A stretch of DNA of 64,000 nt. Source: Rickettsiales bacterium (GTDB lineage: Bacteria; Pseudomonadota; Alphaproteobacteria; Rs-D84). The stretch spans positions 63,237 to 127,236 of the forward strand of contig JAITCH010000010.1 of assembly GCA_031283185.1 (NCBI GenBank), in the 5' to 3' direction. Positions 35,523 through 45,465 of this stretch are shown here, one piece after another; within the stretch, counting starts at the first letter, position 1, and each line of letters starts with the position of its first letter. The position numbers and the translations under genes are program-made. The notes under the pieces were generated by a model. The model did not search any database and was not told the origin of the DNA. It worked only from the letters and a program-made list of their open reading frames with translations.

Positions 35523-37865
35523 ATGAAGATATTGAAACACCAATTTTTATGGTTTTCTGCTGCTTTGCTTGCGCTTGCATTGCCCGCGGCGTCCGAGCCT
35601 CGGCCAGATTTGGCGGACAATGAAGAAATAATTATTGATGAAGAAATTTATACCGAAGAATCAGAAACCCCGGCGGAACAGGGCGCGCGTCCAGTTATGG
35701 CATCTGCACCGGGAATGGTTCGTACGGGAACTCGGTCGGTTCGTGCTGGCGCAGCACCTGTGGCGGGTGCGATGACGCAGCAGCAGGGCAGGGGCGTTGT
35801 CAGCCGCCAGCCGGGAAATTTACAGCCTGCATTTAATAGTGGGCGCGTGGTCAGCGGGCGAAGTGCGGTGAATACGGGTCAGGTGAATGCGAATACAGCG
35901 CAAAGGTCGGCAACGACATCTCGTCCGACTGCGAATGCAGCAACCCCAAGATCTGGCGAAATTCATAGCCGCACTACTGGGCGGACTGGTGCGGTTCAAA
36001 CGGCACCTGCGGCTGATTCTGCGCGGACAATTTCTGCGCGGACACCTGGAACTACGGCAAGTGGTGTGAATACTGCGCGCGCATCGGTTATTACTTCGGT
36101 GAACAAGGCGTCTCCGGCGGCGGCGCGGCGGTCAAACAATACGGCGCGTAATGCTACGGCGGATGTGGTTGATCCTTCGGTGGAAAAGTATTCCAAGATG
36201 CGCCAGGAAGTCGAAAATCTAAAAACCGAAATGAACATTAATAATGACAAGGCAGAGGTTTATGCCCAGGTTTATGATAATTGCGAGGCGCGGTTCTTCG
36301 GATGTATGGATGACATTTGCGAACGGGTCAGCGATGAGATGGGTCGTTGCGCTTGTTCGCCGAATGCGGATACATATAAAGAAAATGCAGAGGCGTTAAA
36401 GCAGGCGAAGATTGACTTGCAGGATACGGTTCAGAATATCCAGTATTTGGGATTGACGGCAGAGGAAGTTAATTCGCTGTTCACAATTACCGAGGCCGAA
36501 GGCGCCTTAGAGGCGAATCAGTTTGGCGGCGGCGACCAGTCGGAATTGAAAAAAATGATTATGGGGATTCGTGATAACATTCCGGACATAAATAATCTCA
36601 GTTCTACCAGCAGCGGGATATTGACATCTTCGACTGGTTGGAATTTGGACGCAGATTTTTCGATTATGACGGATATGAATTCGTTCACATTTGGTAATGT
36701 AAAGGGCAATCAGTTCAATGACATTTCTGGTATGACTGGCGGCGATTTGTATAAAAGCGCGAAGAATGTGTGTCAAACCATTATGAACGAATGCAAAAAG
36801 AATAAGGTTGATGTGGACTTGATGCAGGCGAAATATGATGTAGAGGTTGGCAAGGCCTGCGTAGATTATAAAGGTATGTTAGAGGATCAGACGCAGTCAT
36901 TAAAAACCTTGAACAGGAATGCGAAGTATATGTTGGAACGCGCAAGATTTTCCGTGCATCAGAACAAGAACGCGTTGGATTTGAAGGGTTGCGTGCTGGA
37001 AATTGATAAATGTATGCAAGATGATTTCGTATGCGGTAAGGATTATAAGAAATGCCTCGATCCGACTGGTCAGTATATTTCAGTGGATAGCAAGGTTGTT
37101 CCCGGCGCAGATTTGCCTGTTGGCCAGATAAGGTTGTGGGGCGCACGGAAAAGCGCAGTTAATTATAGCGAACTTGCGGGTCTTGGTGCCACTTCTAAAG
37201 ATATAGTGTCTGTGAATGGTGCGGCGGGATCTACTAATTACTTGGTTAATATGCTTACCTCCAAGGTGGGCGAGATTGATAAACTGACGGGTAATGCGAC
37301 CAGTGGATATTGCGCGGGTGTTATGAGGCAGTGTCAGCGGTTCAGTTATGATTCGAATGCACAGTATAATTCGAATAATCTTGTGATTAAGAATTATGTA
37401 TATATGGCATTGCCAAAGATTATGTCGGCACAGGATACGATGATAAGCAATTATCGGACGCAGTGCACAACGGACTTAAAGCAGTGTTATCAGACGCAGT
37501 TGTTGACTTTCAATACTGGGCAGTATTATGGCGGACAAATAAACGGCAGCCAGTTGACCTGGGCGCATCTGAATTCAGCATTGTATGCGTGTGATAATAT
37601 AGGGCTTTCGTGCGCGTTCACTGTATTTAGCGGCGCGGATAATTTAGGAGAAACCGATAGCAGCGCGACAGCGAAGCAATGTCCGAGATATATAAAATGC
37701 GATGCAGAAAAAGGAACCTGTGATAATAAAGCAACCTTTGATGCCGATGGTTCTGCCCAAATATGTTCTAGAAGTATGATGATTAATTTGATTCAGGGCT
37801 TGTTGCAGTGTAATGGAACTTATCCAAAGACTTGGGAACCTGATAATAATGCTGTTTGCAAATAA
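35523..37865 (+). CDS. large secreted protein (780 aa): signal peptide, ~200-aa disordered R/T/A/S-rich region, coiled coil, Cys-rich C-terminal domain
   Basis: Signal peptide MKILKHQFLWFSAALLALALPAA and low-complexity composition. No domain is recognised. Confidence 0.55.
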   Translation: MKILKHQFLWFSAALLALALPAASEPRPDLADNEEIIIDEEIYTEESETPAEQGARPVMASAPGMVRTGTRSVRAGAAPVAGAMTQQQGRGVVSRQPGNLQPAFNSGRVVSGRSAVNTGQVNANTAQRSATTSRPTANAATPRSGEIHSRTTGRTGAVQTAPAADSARTISARTPGTTASGVNTARASVITSVNKASPAAARRSNNTARNATADVVDPSVEKYSKMRQEVENLKTEMNINNDKAEVYAQVYDNCEARFFGCMDDICERVSDEMGRCACSPNADTYKENAEALKQAKIDLQDTVQNIQYLGLTAEEVNSLFTITEAEGALEANQFGGGDQSELKKMIMGIRDNIPDINNLSSTSSGILTSSTGWNLDADFSIMTDMNSFTFGNVKGNQFNDISGMTGGDLYKSAKNVCQTIMNECKKNKVDVDLMQAKYDVEVGKACVDYKGMLEDQTQSLKTLNRNAKYMLERARFSVHQNKNALDLKGCVLEIDKCMQDDFVCGKDYKKCLDPTGQYISVDSKVVPGADLPVGQIRLWGARKSAVNYSELAGLGATSKDIVSVNGAAGSTNYLVNMLTSKVGEIDKLTGNATSGYCAGVMRQCQRFSYDSNAQYNSNNLVIKNYVYMALPKIMSAQDTMISNYRTQCTTDLKQCYQTQLLTFNTGQYYGGQINGSQLTWAHLNSALYACDNIGLSCAFTVFSGADNLGETDSSATAKQCPRYIKCDAEKGTCDNKATFDADGSAQICSRSMMINLIQGLLQCNGTYPKTWEPDNNAVCK

Positions 37866-37889
37866 TTTATAGCGGGTAAAATTCGACCA

Positions 37890-37917
37890 GTTCCCCTTCA
37901 AAAGAGGGGAACTTTTT
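37890..37917 (+). terminator. intrinsic terminator GTTCCCCTTCAAAAGAGGGGAAC followed by T5
   Basis: Hairpin plus a T-run after the stop at 37865. Confidence 0.7.
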
Positions 37918-37985
37918 CGCCTTTGACAAATCCGTGTCGGTGCGTCATAATCCCTCTGTCTAGCGAAACCGAAAGAAGGAAAATT

Positions 37986-39572
37986 ATGAATATGTATTTG
38001 TTTTTGGACGCAGCCGTCCAAGAAACGCCTAACAGCATCTTTATCGCCCGCGAAGGTATTACCTATGTGGACTTTATGGAACTGGTCAAGGCGCGGGCGG
38101 TTGCTCTCCGTAAGTTGGGCGTTAAATCTGGCGACAATGTCGGGGTTTTATCGCACAATATCAAAGAATTCCCGCAGACGCTGTTTGCGTTGTGGGGCTT
38201 GGGCGCGCGCGCGCTTATGTTGGATACGAACCTGACAAAGTTCGAATATGACAATATGACCGAACGCGCGGACACGAAACTGATAGTATGCGAAAAGGGC
38301 TTTATCTATAATTCCGATCGCTTGAAGTTTTATGATATTAAAACGCCAGAAGTCGTGAACCAGGAAAGTTATGAATTCGTCCCGGCCGAAGTCGGCATGA
38401 ATGACATCGCAACCCTTTCATTCACTTCGGGATCAACCGGCATTCCAAAGGTTGTGCCATTGACGCATTCCAATTTAATTGAAACTGCGCGTTCATTGAA
38501 TGATATGAAAGAATTTCTGCACAAGGGCGATATGTTCTATGGCTTTTTGCCGATGTATCATGTATTCGGCTTTGCTGTGGAAATTTTGGCGTCCATTTGG
38601 TATCGCGGATCTGTGCTGTTGCAGCCGACCTTGAATCCAAAGGAAATTTCGTCCGATTTGGAAAATTTCAAGCCGCATATTTTGCCGGCTGTTCCGCGCT
38701 TGTTTGAAGTCTTCCGCAATAAAATCATAGATAGTTTCAAGGCGAAACATTTATGGTGGTTTGCGGGATTCGTATTGCGCCGTCAGAATACTCTGAAATG
38801 GCTTGGGCTTGGATTCTTGGTGAAAAAGATTCAAGACCCGGTGCATCAGAAATTCGGCGGGCGCGTGCGTCTTCTTATCGCAGGTGGCGCAGCAACCAAG
38901 CCGGAAGTGGAACGATTCTATCAACGATTCGGGTTTGAATTTATACAGGGTTATGGATTGACCGAAACCGTTGGACCAATCTGCCTCAGTTATCCTGTTC
39001 CGGGACGCTTGCCGTTTGCTATTGGCAGCACCCTGTCCAATAACGAATACGAAATCCGCGACAAGAATGCTGATGGCGCGGGCGTATTGTGGCTGAAAGG
39101 CACCAGCGTGTTCTGCGGCTATCTGAATAACGAAGCGGCGAATAAAGAATCGTTTGATGATCGTGGATTCTTTAATACGGGCGACCTTGTTACATTGGAT
39201 CGGAACGGCGAATTGCATTTCCACGGGCGCAAGAAACTGGTTATCGTTTTGGATAGCGGCAAGAATGTTTATCCTGACGAATTGGAAGGCCTGTTTATGC
39301 AAATACCCGGCGTAAAAAATGTTGCGGTGTTCGAGCATAAGATAAAGGACAAAACCGTTACTTATGGCGTGTTCCAAGTGGAAGAGGGCATAAAGATAGA
39401 TGAGCTTGAAAAGGGCATAAAAAAGCAGAATTCCAAATTGGCATCGTATAAGTGGTGTTCACACTTTGCGATGACGACCGAGGATTTGCCGCTGACATCT
39501 ACGACCAAGGTAAAGCATCACGAAGTCAAGAAGTTGCTTGATTCCGGCTCTTACCCGATTCGTAAAGAGTAA
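37986..39572 (+). CDS. AMP-dependent synthetase/ligase (long-chain acyl-CoA synthetase-like)
   Basis: AMP-binding motif SFTSGSTGIPKVV, plus GYGLTET and the conserved downstream Gly/Asp-rich region. Confidence 0.85.
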   Translation: MNMYLFLDAAVQETPNSIFIAREGITYVDFMELVKARAVALRKLGVKSGDNVGVLSHNIKEFPQTLFALWGLGARALMLDTNLTKFEYDNMTERADTKLIVCEKGFIYNSDRLKFYDIKTPEVVNQESYEFVPAEVGMNDIATLSFTSGSTGIPKVVPLTHSNLIETARSLNDMKEFLHKGDMFYGFLPMYHVFGFAVEILASIWYRGSVLLQPTLNPKEISSDLENFKPHILPAVPRLFEVFRNKIIDSFKAKHLWWFAGFVLRRQNTLKWLGLGFLVKKIQDPVHQKFGGRVRLLIAGGAATKPEVERFYQRFGFEFIQGYGLTETVGPICLSYPVPGRLPFAIGSTLSNNEYEIRDKNADGAGVLWLKGTSVFCGYLNNEAANKESFDDRGFFNTGDLVTLDRNGELHFHGRKKLVIVLDSGKNVYPDELEGLFMQIPGVKNVAVFEHKIKDKTVTYGVFQVEEGIKIDELEKGIKKQNSKLASYKWCSHFAMTTEDLPLTSTTKVKHHEVKKLLDSGSYPIRKE

Positions 39573-39583
39573 TAAAATAAAAT

Positions 39584-39615
39584 GTCATCCCGGGGCTTGA
39601 CCCCGGGATCTTGCC
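39584..39615. repeat. REP/RPE-like element GTCATCCCGGGGCTTGACCCCGGGATCTTGCC, 12 nt after the stop codon
   Basis: Member of the family described at 26451-26482. Confidence 0.8.
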
Positions 39616-39666
39616 TTTAATAACCTTGACATTTTCCCGTCAGCCCTTTATCATCCCAAGACTTAT

Positions 39667-39744
39667 GGCGAATGTAGCTCAGTTGGTTAGAGCGCGGGTT
39701 TGTGGTACCTGAGGTCGCGGGTTCGAGTCCCGTCCTTCGCCCCA
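39667..39744 (+). tRNA. tRNA-His (anticodon GTG) with an encoded G-1, C73 and CCA
   Basis: Anticodon loop TTGTGGT and T-loop TTCGAGT, with an extra 5' G opposite C73. Confidence 0.85.
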
Positions 39745-39892
39745 TTTTTCTTGACTTTTCGCCAGTTCCATTATAAAATCCCCCCAATCGCTAGGCAATC
39801 AGACCCGATTAACCGATTTGCGCCCTATGGTGGCAGACGGGATAAGGTGCCTGTTAAACGCCCGGCTTAACTAAAAACCATAGGAAGAAAAA

Positions 39893-40519
39893 ATGGCAGG
39901 CAAACGCCTTAATGCAAAAAAGAAAATAGATCGTCGCTGGGGTATAAACCTTTGGGGGCGCGCAAACTCATCATTTAACACTCGCAAGTATAAGCCGGGT
40001 CAGCACGGGCCGACCGCTCGCACTGGCGGAACTGGCAGCGATTATGGCCGTCAGTTAAAAGCCAAGCAAATCCTGAAAGGTTATTATGGCAATATCGGCG
40101 AAAAGAAATTCCGCAGTTATTATTTAGAGGCGAATAACGCAAAGGGTGATACCGGCGCGAATATCATAGGCCTGTTGGAATCGCGCTTGGATGCGGTTGT
40201 GTATCGCGCGAAATTCGCGCCGACCGTTTTCGCGGCGCGTCAGTTGGTCAGCCACGGACATATTTTGGTCAACGATAAACGTGTGAAAATTTCGTCTTAT
40301 TCAGTAAAGCCGGAAGATGTCATATCCATTTCGGAAAAGGCAAAACAGATGCCATTGGTCGTAACAGCATTGGAAAGCCCGGAACGCGACTTTTGCGACT
40401 ATGTCCAGGTTGATCCGATGGCGTTCACTGCGAAATTCGTGCGCCGTCCTGCATTGGAAGATGTTCCATATGCGGTTCAAATGCACCCGGAATTGGTCGT
40501 CGAATACTATTCAAGATAA
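39893..40519 (+). CDS. rpsD: 30S ribosomal protein S4
   Basis: [13 protein letters not shown]...YKPGQHG, the alpha-type S4 N-terminus. Confidence 0.9.
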   Translation: MAGKRLNAKKKIDRRWGINLWGRANSSFNTRKYKPGQHGPTARTGGTGSDYGRQLKAKQILKGYYGNIGEKKFRSYYLEANNAKGDTGANIIGLLESRLDAVVYRAKFAPTVFAARQLVSHGHILVNDKRVKISSYSVKPEDVISISEKAKQMPLVVTALESPERDFCDYVQVDPMAFTAKFVRRPALEDVPYAVQMHPELVVEYYSR

Positions 40520-40528
40520 TAAACAAAT

Positions 40529-40560
40529 GTCATCCCGGGGCTTGACCCCGGGATCTTGCC
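40529..40560. repeat. REP/RPE-like element, 10 nt after the rpsD stop
   Basis: Identical to the copy at 39584-39615. Confidence 0.8.
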
Positions 40561-40575
40561 TATAAGAGGTCTCCG

Positions 40576-41139
40576 ATGAAATACATTGCAAATGAAATTC
40601 GTAATGGTTGGGTTATATCGCATAACAGCCGCCGCTTTGTGATAACTGGATTTACAAAGGTAAAGCCCGGCAAGGGCGGCGCGTTTGTGCAGGCGGAAAT
40701 GCGCGATATTGACAGCGGAACAAAAGGAAACGAGCGATTCCGCGCGGAAGATACGATTGAAAAGTTGATGGCAGAGGATATAAAGGCTCAGTTCTTGTAT
40801 TCCGATGCGGACGAATCGTATTTTATGAATTTGGATAGTTATGAGCAGTTCACATTGCCGAACGATAATCTTGGAGACCAGACTAAGTTCCTCGCGCCGG
40901 AAATGGAAGTGGTGGCGAGTTTCATAGAGGGTTCGCCGATGTCCATAACCCTGCCGAAAAATGTGGTGGCGGTGGTTGCAGAAACAGAGCCTGCATTAAA
41001 GGGGCAAACTGCATCCGGCAGCGGCAAGCCCGCGACATTGGATAATGGGGTTCGCGTTTCTGTTCCGACCTTTATAGAGCAGGGCGAGCGGATTGTGGTC
41101 AATACTGAAACATATGAATATGTAGAAAGAGCAAAATAA
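40576..41139 (+). CDS. efp: elongation factor P
   Basis: Length, and the KPGKGGAFV motif around the modified Lys loop. Confidence 0.9.
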   Translation: MKYIANEIRNGWVISHNSRRFVITGFTKVKPGKGGAFVQAEMRDIDSGTKGNERFRAEDTIEKLMAEDIKAQFLYSDADESYFMNLDSYEQFTLPNDNLGDQTKFLAPEMEVVASFIEGSPMSITLPKNVVAVVAETEPALKGQTASGSGKPATLDNGVRVSVPTFIEQGERIVVNTETYEYVERAK

Positions 41140-41143
41140 TAAA

Positions 41144-41671
41144 ATGCACGAACGCACACTTGTAATCTTGAAACCTGATGCAATCGCCCGCGGACTGGCC
41201 GGGAAAATAATTACAGCAATTGAAGATTGCGGACTGAAAATAACTGACGCAAAATTAATGACCGCATCGCGTTTGACTGCCGAACAACATTATAACGGAT
41301 CACAGGAATTCTTGAATGCACTTGGGGTCAAGGCGATTGAAAATGCCAAGTCAAAGGGCGAAGACATAATCAAAAAATTCGGCACGGAAAATCCCGCGCA
41401 GATTGGCGCAATGATTCGCACTCGCATATTGAATTATATAACCGAAGGCCCTGTTATGCCGATGATTGCAGAGGGCAATGACGCGGTTCGTGTGGTTCGG
41501 AAATTGATTGGCGCAACAAATCCTGTGGATGCCGATCCGTCAACCATACGCGGCAAGTATTGCACGGATTCGCTGGAATTATCCAGCCGCGAGGGGCGTG
41601 CGACCCGGAACTTGGTTCACGCATCCGGCAATGTCGCCGAAGCCGCCGCCGAAATCCCCATTTGGTTTTAG
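41144..41671 (+). CDS. ndk: nucleoside diphosphate kinase (with a C-terminal extension)
   Basis: Starts ERTLVILKPDAI and carries ...NLVHASGNV, with the active-site His context. Confidence 0.8.
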   Translation: MHERTLVILKPDAIARGLAGKIITAIEDCGLKITDAKLMTASRLTAEQHYNGSQEFLNALGVKAIENAKSKGEDIIKKFGTENPAQIGAMIRTRILNYITEGPVMPMIAEGNDAVRVVRKLIGATNPVDADPSTIRGKYCTDSLELSSREGRATRNLVHASGNVAEAAAEIPIWF

Positions 41672-41766
41672 GGTCAAAATAATGGCTGAAATCAACTACT
41701 TATTCAGGGGGGCGATATAGAAGACTTGGCGCAAAACTAATATGCGCCTTTATTCCATTCGGGTCG

Positions 41767-42612
41767 TTGCGGCGTAGTGTCCGCGACATTTTAATTTTTG
41801 GCATAATAAATTATATAAAATTTTTTCGCGCGGCTAAACGCGCAGAACACAAACTTAAATTTCCACATAAACTTTCCATTGTTGCCATCGCAAAAAACGA
41901 AGGCGCAAATTTTCAGGAATGGATTGAATATCATCGCATTGTTGGCGTTGAAAAATTTTATATTTACGATAATGAATCCACTGACGATACGAAAAAAGTT
42001 CTTGAACCATATATAAAATCCGGCGTGGTGGAATACACTTATTTCCCTGGGCAGAAAATGCAAAAGCCTGCTTATGCAGATGGGCTTAAAAAATGCAGAT
42101 TTGATACGAAGTGGGTCGCGCTCATAGACCTAGATGAATTTATTGTCCCGATAAAGCACGAAAAAATTTCCGATTATTTGGACGAACTTCCCGATGATGT
42201 GGGATGCGTTATGGTACCTTGGATTACATATGGATCCAGCGGACATCAAGCCAGACCAATCGGATTGGTTATTGAAAGTTATAAAATGCGTAGTGCGGAT
42301 TTCAAGTTGGGAAATCTCGCGGCGGACAAGCAGTGTAAAAGCATTATTAATCCTCGGTTTGCTATTCGATTGAACGGCGTGCATATAGGCAGCAGCATAT
42401 TGAAAAAGATACGAAGTGATGTGTTAAGGTGCAATCATTATTACAGCAAATCGTGGGAAGAATTCGCTGCTCGCCGATCTAGGGGTGATGTTAGGTTTGG
42501 CAATAATTATGCCCAAGCGACTTTCAACAAAGATTTATTTGATCGTATAAACAGGGATAATTTTTATGACCCAATTATGGATAAATACATCCCGCAATTA
42601 AAAACCATTTGA
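41767..42612 (+). CDS. glycosyltransferase family 92 (DUF23)
   Basis: The AKNE...EWIEYH...FYIYDNESTDDT motif. The TTG start is uncertain. Confidence 0.6.
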   Translation: MRRSVRDILIFGIINYIKFFRAAKRAEHKLKFPHKLSIVAIAKNEGANFQEWIEYHRIVGVEKFYIYDNESTDDTKKVLEPYIKSGVVEYTYFPGQKMQKPAYADGLKKCRFDTKWVALIDLDEFIVPIKHEKISDYLDELPDDVGCVMVPWITYGSSGHQARPIGLVIESYKMRSADFKLGNLAADKQCKSIINPRFAIRLNGVHIGSSILKKIRSDVLRCNHYYSKSWEEFAARRSRGDVRFGNNYAQATFNKDLFDRINRDNFYDPIMDKYIPQLKTI

Positions 42613-42644
42613 AAACTCACTTATACATTGATATAATTCGCATT

Positions 42645-43421
42645 ATGAAAATAATAGTCAGTTTAACATCATTCCCGGCGGCGATTCCGTTTGCGGTGAA
42701 CGCGATAAAAAGCATTATGAACCAAAGCGTTCTGCCGGATAAAATCGTTTTGTATCTGACGGCGGAACAATTCCCCGATAAAAAACTTCCAGCAGAATTG
42801 TTGAATTTAGTAGAATCATCTTCGCTGTTCGAAATCCGTTTTTATTCAGAAAATATTCGTTCATATACGAAACTGATTCCCGCGCTGAAAGACTTCCCGG
42901 ATGACATAATCATAACGATTGATGACGATATAAATTATCCGCGTGATTTGATAAAGAAATTGTTGCGCGCGCATAAAAAATATCCGAATGCGATTGTGGC
43001 GCATCGGGTTCGCCGAGTGCGATGGGATGCTGATGGAAATTTGCTGCCTTATAAGAAATGGGGTCGCTATATGCGATTAAGGTATTATTTATGGTCGTGC
43101 CGTCCACGCCTTTGCAATTTGTTGACTGGTGTGGGTGGGGTGTTGTATCCGCCGCACTCCTTGCCGCCCGAGGCGAGCGATGCCGGAACATTTATGAAAC
43201 TTGCGCCGACTACGGACGACATATGGTTTTGGTTGATGGCGGCCAAGACAGGAACCGGGACTGCCCCGGTCAGATGGGGATTTGTAAATCAACTGGGTGA
43301 TATGCACAAGCCAAGGGATATAACATTAAGTTCGGTTAATATAAAAAGCGCGGTGGATGTGAACCGAGAGAATGCCGAAAAGATAATCGCACATTATAAA
43401 ATCAAAACCCCTATCAAATAA
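42645..43421 (+). CDS. putative glycosyltransferase (DxD-containing, capsule/LPS biosynthesis-like)
   Basis: IVSLTSFP near the N-terminus, and a TIDDD motif. Confidence 0.5.
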   Translation: MKIIVSLTSFPAAIPFAVNAIKSIMNQSVLPDKIVLYLTAEQFPDKKLPAELLNLVESSSLFEIRFYSENIRSYTKLIPALKDFPDDIIITIDDDINYPRDLIKKLLRAHKKYPNAIVAHRVRRVRWDADGNLLPYKKWGRYMRLRYYLWSCRPRLCNLLTGVGGVLYPPHSLPPEASDAGTFMKLAPTTDDIWFWLMAAKTGTGTAPVRWGFVNQLGDMHKPRDITLSSVNIKSAVDVNRENAEKIIAHYKIKTPIK

Positions 43422-43471
43422 AATTCCCCTCCAAGGTGGAGGGGTGGTGGCGTAGCCGCCGGGGTGGTTGG
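43422..43471. repeat. terminal half-copy of the composite repeat
   Basis: AATTCCCCTCCAAGGTGGAGGGGTG-GTGGCGTAGCCGCC-GGGGTGGTTGG. Confidence 0.75.
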
Positions 43472-43474
43472 TGC

Positions 43475-44077
43475 TTAAAAATTCCACGAAACTCCTAATG
43501 CATAAAAGTCATATACATAATTCATATCGCCAGTGTCGCCGTTGGAAAAATGTTGCATTATTAATTCCAAGTTCCAAGAATCTGTCATACGCCATCCGGC
43601 AACCATTTTGAAAGGCAGAATGAATTTTGTGTTCAGGCGAGCGTTCTGTTTCCCTTGAATGGCGATACCGATTCCGGCACCAAGATATGTGCGTTGGGTC
43701 AGTGCGAATCCGACTTCTTGGGTCAGCACGGCGATTTCATTGCCATATTCTTGCCAGTCGGTGTGTCCAGTCCAAACGGCGTGCTTGCCGTAGTTGTGAT
43801 GACCGAATCCCAGGGTTTTGGTGAAGCCGATTGTTTGCCGACCTGGCAGACGAAAGAAGGTGTTTGGTTGGCTGTATGAAGCGGCAATCATATAATATGG
43901 AACCGGGACATCCAGGTGTTTGAAGAGGATGAGTTCGGCGGAGTCAAAGCCTTGCCCAATGGCGAGTCCCAGTTGATTTTGTTTATCGCCAAAGAAAGGA
44001 TTGAATTTCGTCCCTTCGGTTTCCGCGTTTGCTGCGCCGCATAAAATTGCAAAACATAAAATTATTTTCTTAATCAT
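43475..44077 (-). CDS. PagL-like outer-membrane lipid A deacylase family protein (paralog 1)
   Basis: Signal peptide, YSQPNTFFRLPGRQ, a His-x-Ser catalytic-like motif QHFSNGD, and a C-terminal ...GVSWNF. Confidence 0.55.
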   Translation of the reverse strand: MIKKIILCFAILCGAANAETEGTKFNPFFGDKQNQLGLAIGQGFDSAELILFKHLDVPVPYYMIAASYSQPNTFFRLPGRQTIGFTKTLGFGHHNYGKHAVWTGHTDWQEYGNEIAVLTQEVGFALTQRTYLGAGIGIAIQGKQNARLNTKFILPFKMVAGWRMTDSWNLELIMQHFSNGDTGDMNYVYDFYALGVSWNF

Positions 44078-44322
44078 CTTGGTTGTCCTGCGAATAATTG
44101 TTGAATGATTTGTTTTGGTAAAGACATAAAGATTTGCCGATTGGTATCCGGGTCTGTGAAATATATGTCTAACATACTATGTTTATCTTCAAACTTGGCG
44201 AATGCGATGTTGCCTTGCCGGGACACGGGCTGTTTTTTAGATATTCTTCTAATTGATATTGGTATATTTTCTAATACTGGCATAATATTATATTCCTTTT
44301 TTGTTTAGTGTGGTATTGATAA

Positions 44323-44562
44323 CTAAAAATGTTTTTTAGAAAATAGCCTGCCATTTCCAGTTTTCAAATATGCCTCAAATTTTTCTGCCTTGTCTCTATT
44401 TTCAAATGCAAAATAGTTTTTAATTTTCCAAGGCTTGAATTTGTTTGTATGTATTGAGCATCCTTTGTTATGTTCATTAAGTCGTTTTTTCAGGTCGTCA
44501 GTTTGTCCCACATAAAATCTGTCTGGATTGCTTATGCTTTGTAAGATATATACATAAAACAT
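44323..44562 (-). CDS. GIY-YIG nuclease family protein (80 aa)
   Basis: MFYVYILQS...RFYVGQTDDLKKRLNEHN. Confidence 0.7.
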   Translation of the reverse strand: MFYVYILQSISNPDRFYVGQTDDLKKRLNEHNKGCSIHTNKFKPWKIKNYFAFENRDKAEKFEAYLKTGNGRLFSKKHF

Positions 44563-44673
44563 ATTTAATCCCTAATTGCCCGCTTTCGTCCTTCGGACGA
44601 TAGCGCGGCATCCGCTTCTCTAACACTCCGCCGCGATTGTGCCCAATCGCGCCGTAGCGTAAGCGAAGGCGGA

Positions 44674-44747
44674 TGGTTGGGGCAACTGGATTCGAACCAA
44701 TATAGTCAGAATCAGAATCTGAAGTCCTACCATTAGACGATGCCCCA
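44674..44747 (-). tRNA. tRNA-Gln (anticodon CTG), CCA encoded
   Basis: The reverse complement folds as tRNA. It has a U1:A72 pair like E. coli tRNA-Gln, anticodon loop TTCTGAT and T-loop TTCGAAT. Confidence 0.85.
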
Positions 44748-44794
44748 AGGTTTGGGAATAATACCCCCGCGCTTGCATATTTGCAACATAAAAA

Positions 44795-44843
44795 AATTCC
44801 CCGCCAAGGGTGGCGGGGTGTCTGCGAAGCAGACGGTGTGGTT
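44795..44843. repeat. terminal half-copy of the composite repeat
   Basis: AATTCCCCGCCAAGGGTGGCGGGGTG-TCTGCGAAGCAGAC-GGTGTGGTTCG. Confidence 0.7.
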
Positions 44844-44853
44844 CGTTAAAAAT

Positions 44854-45405
44854 TTACTTCTTTTTCCGTTTTGGCATTGCCAAAACCACCAATAGCAACA
44901 CGCCCAAAACGCCGAGTATCACATACAGATACCCGTATCCATTTTGTTTTTCAATTACAACTTTTTCGGCTTTGGCGCGGGCTGTCCGTTCAGCATTTTC
45001 CTTGCGGACTGCGACTGGATTTGCCGCGAGGCGCGCAGAATTTGCGGCGACAGATTCGGTTTCAATTTCATTCAGTCCATCGTTCAAAGCATCGCGGTAT
45101 TCTTTTTCAGTTGTGCCCTTGCCGAATCCTTGAAAGCATTTGTCGCCGATGACCATAAGGGGGACGCCGAACGAGTCCAACTTGCACTTTTTGATCTGCC
45201 GTTCAAATGCGCCGCGGTTTGACGGCTCGCCGACATTTTTCTTGTTGAATTGAACGAAGGGATATTCAATGACAAGTGTTTCGTCAATGAATTCCATCGC
45301 GTGGTGGCAGTGCGGGCAGGTAGTCATATAGAATAGGGTGGCGTCCTTGGCGGCGACTGCGGGCAAGGCGAGAATTGCGAATGCGAATAATAATATCTTT
45401 TTCAT
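44854..45405 (-). CDS. thioredoxin/glutaredoxin-fold protein with a CPHC motif and a C-terminal TM anchor
   Basis: Signal peptide, TTCPHCH, a basic K/R/E-rich helix and a hydrophobic C-terminus. Confidence 0.55.
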   Translation of the reverse strand: MKKILLFAFAILALPAVAAKDATLFYMTTCPHCHHAMEFIDETLVIEYPFVQFNKKNVGEPSNRGAFERQIKKCKLDSFGVPLMVIGDKCFQGFGKGTTEKEYRDALNDGLNEIETESVAANSARLAANPVAVRKENAERTARAKAEKVVIEKQNGYGYLYVILGVLGVLLLVVLAMPKRKKK

Positions 45406-45465
45406 AATGTGTCCTTTTTTGTTTATTGGGGCATTATAAGAATAATGGGGTAGGGCGGTCAACCA

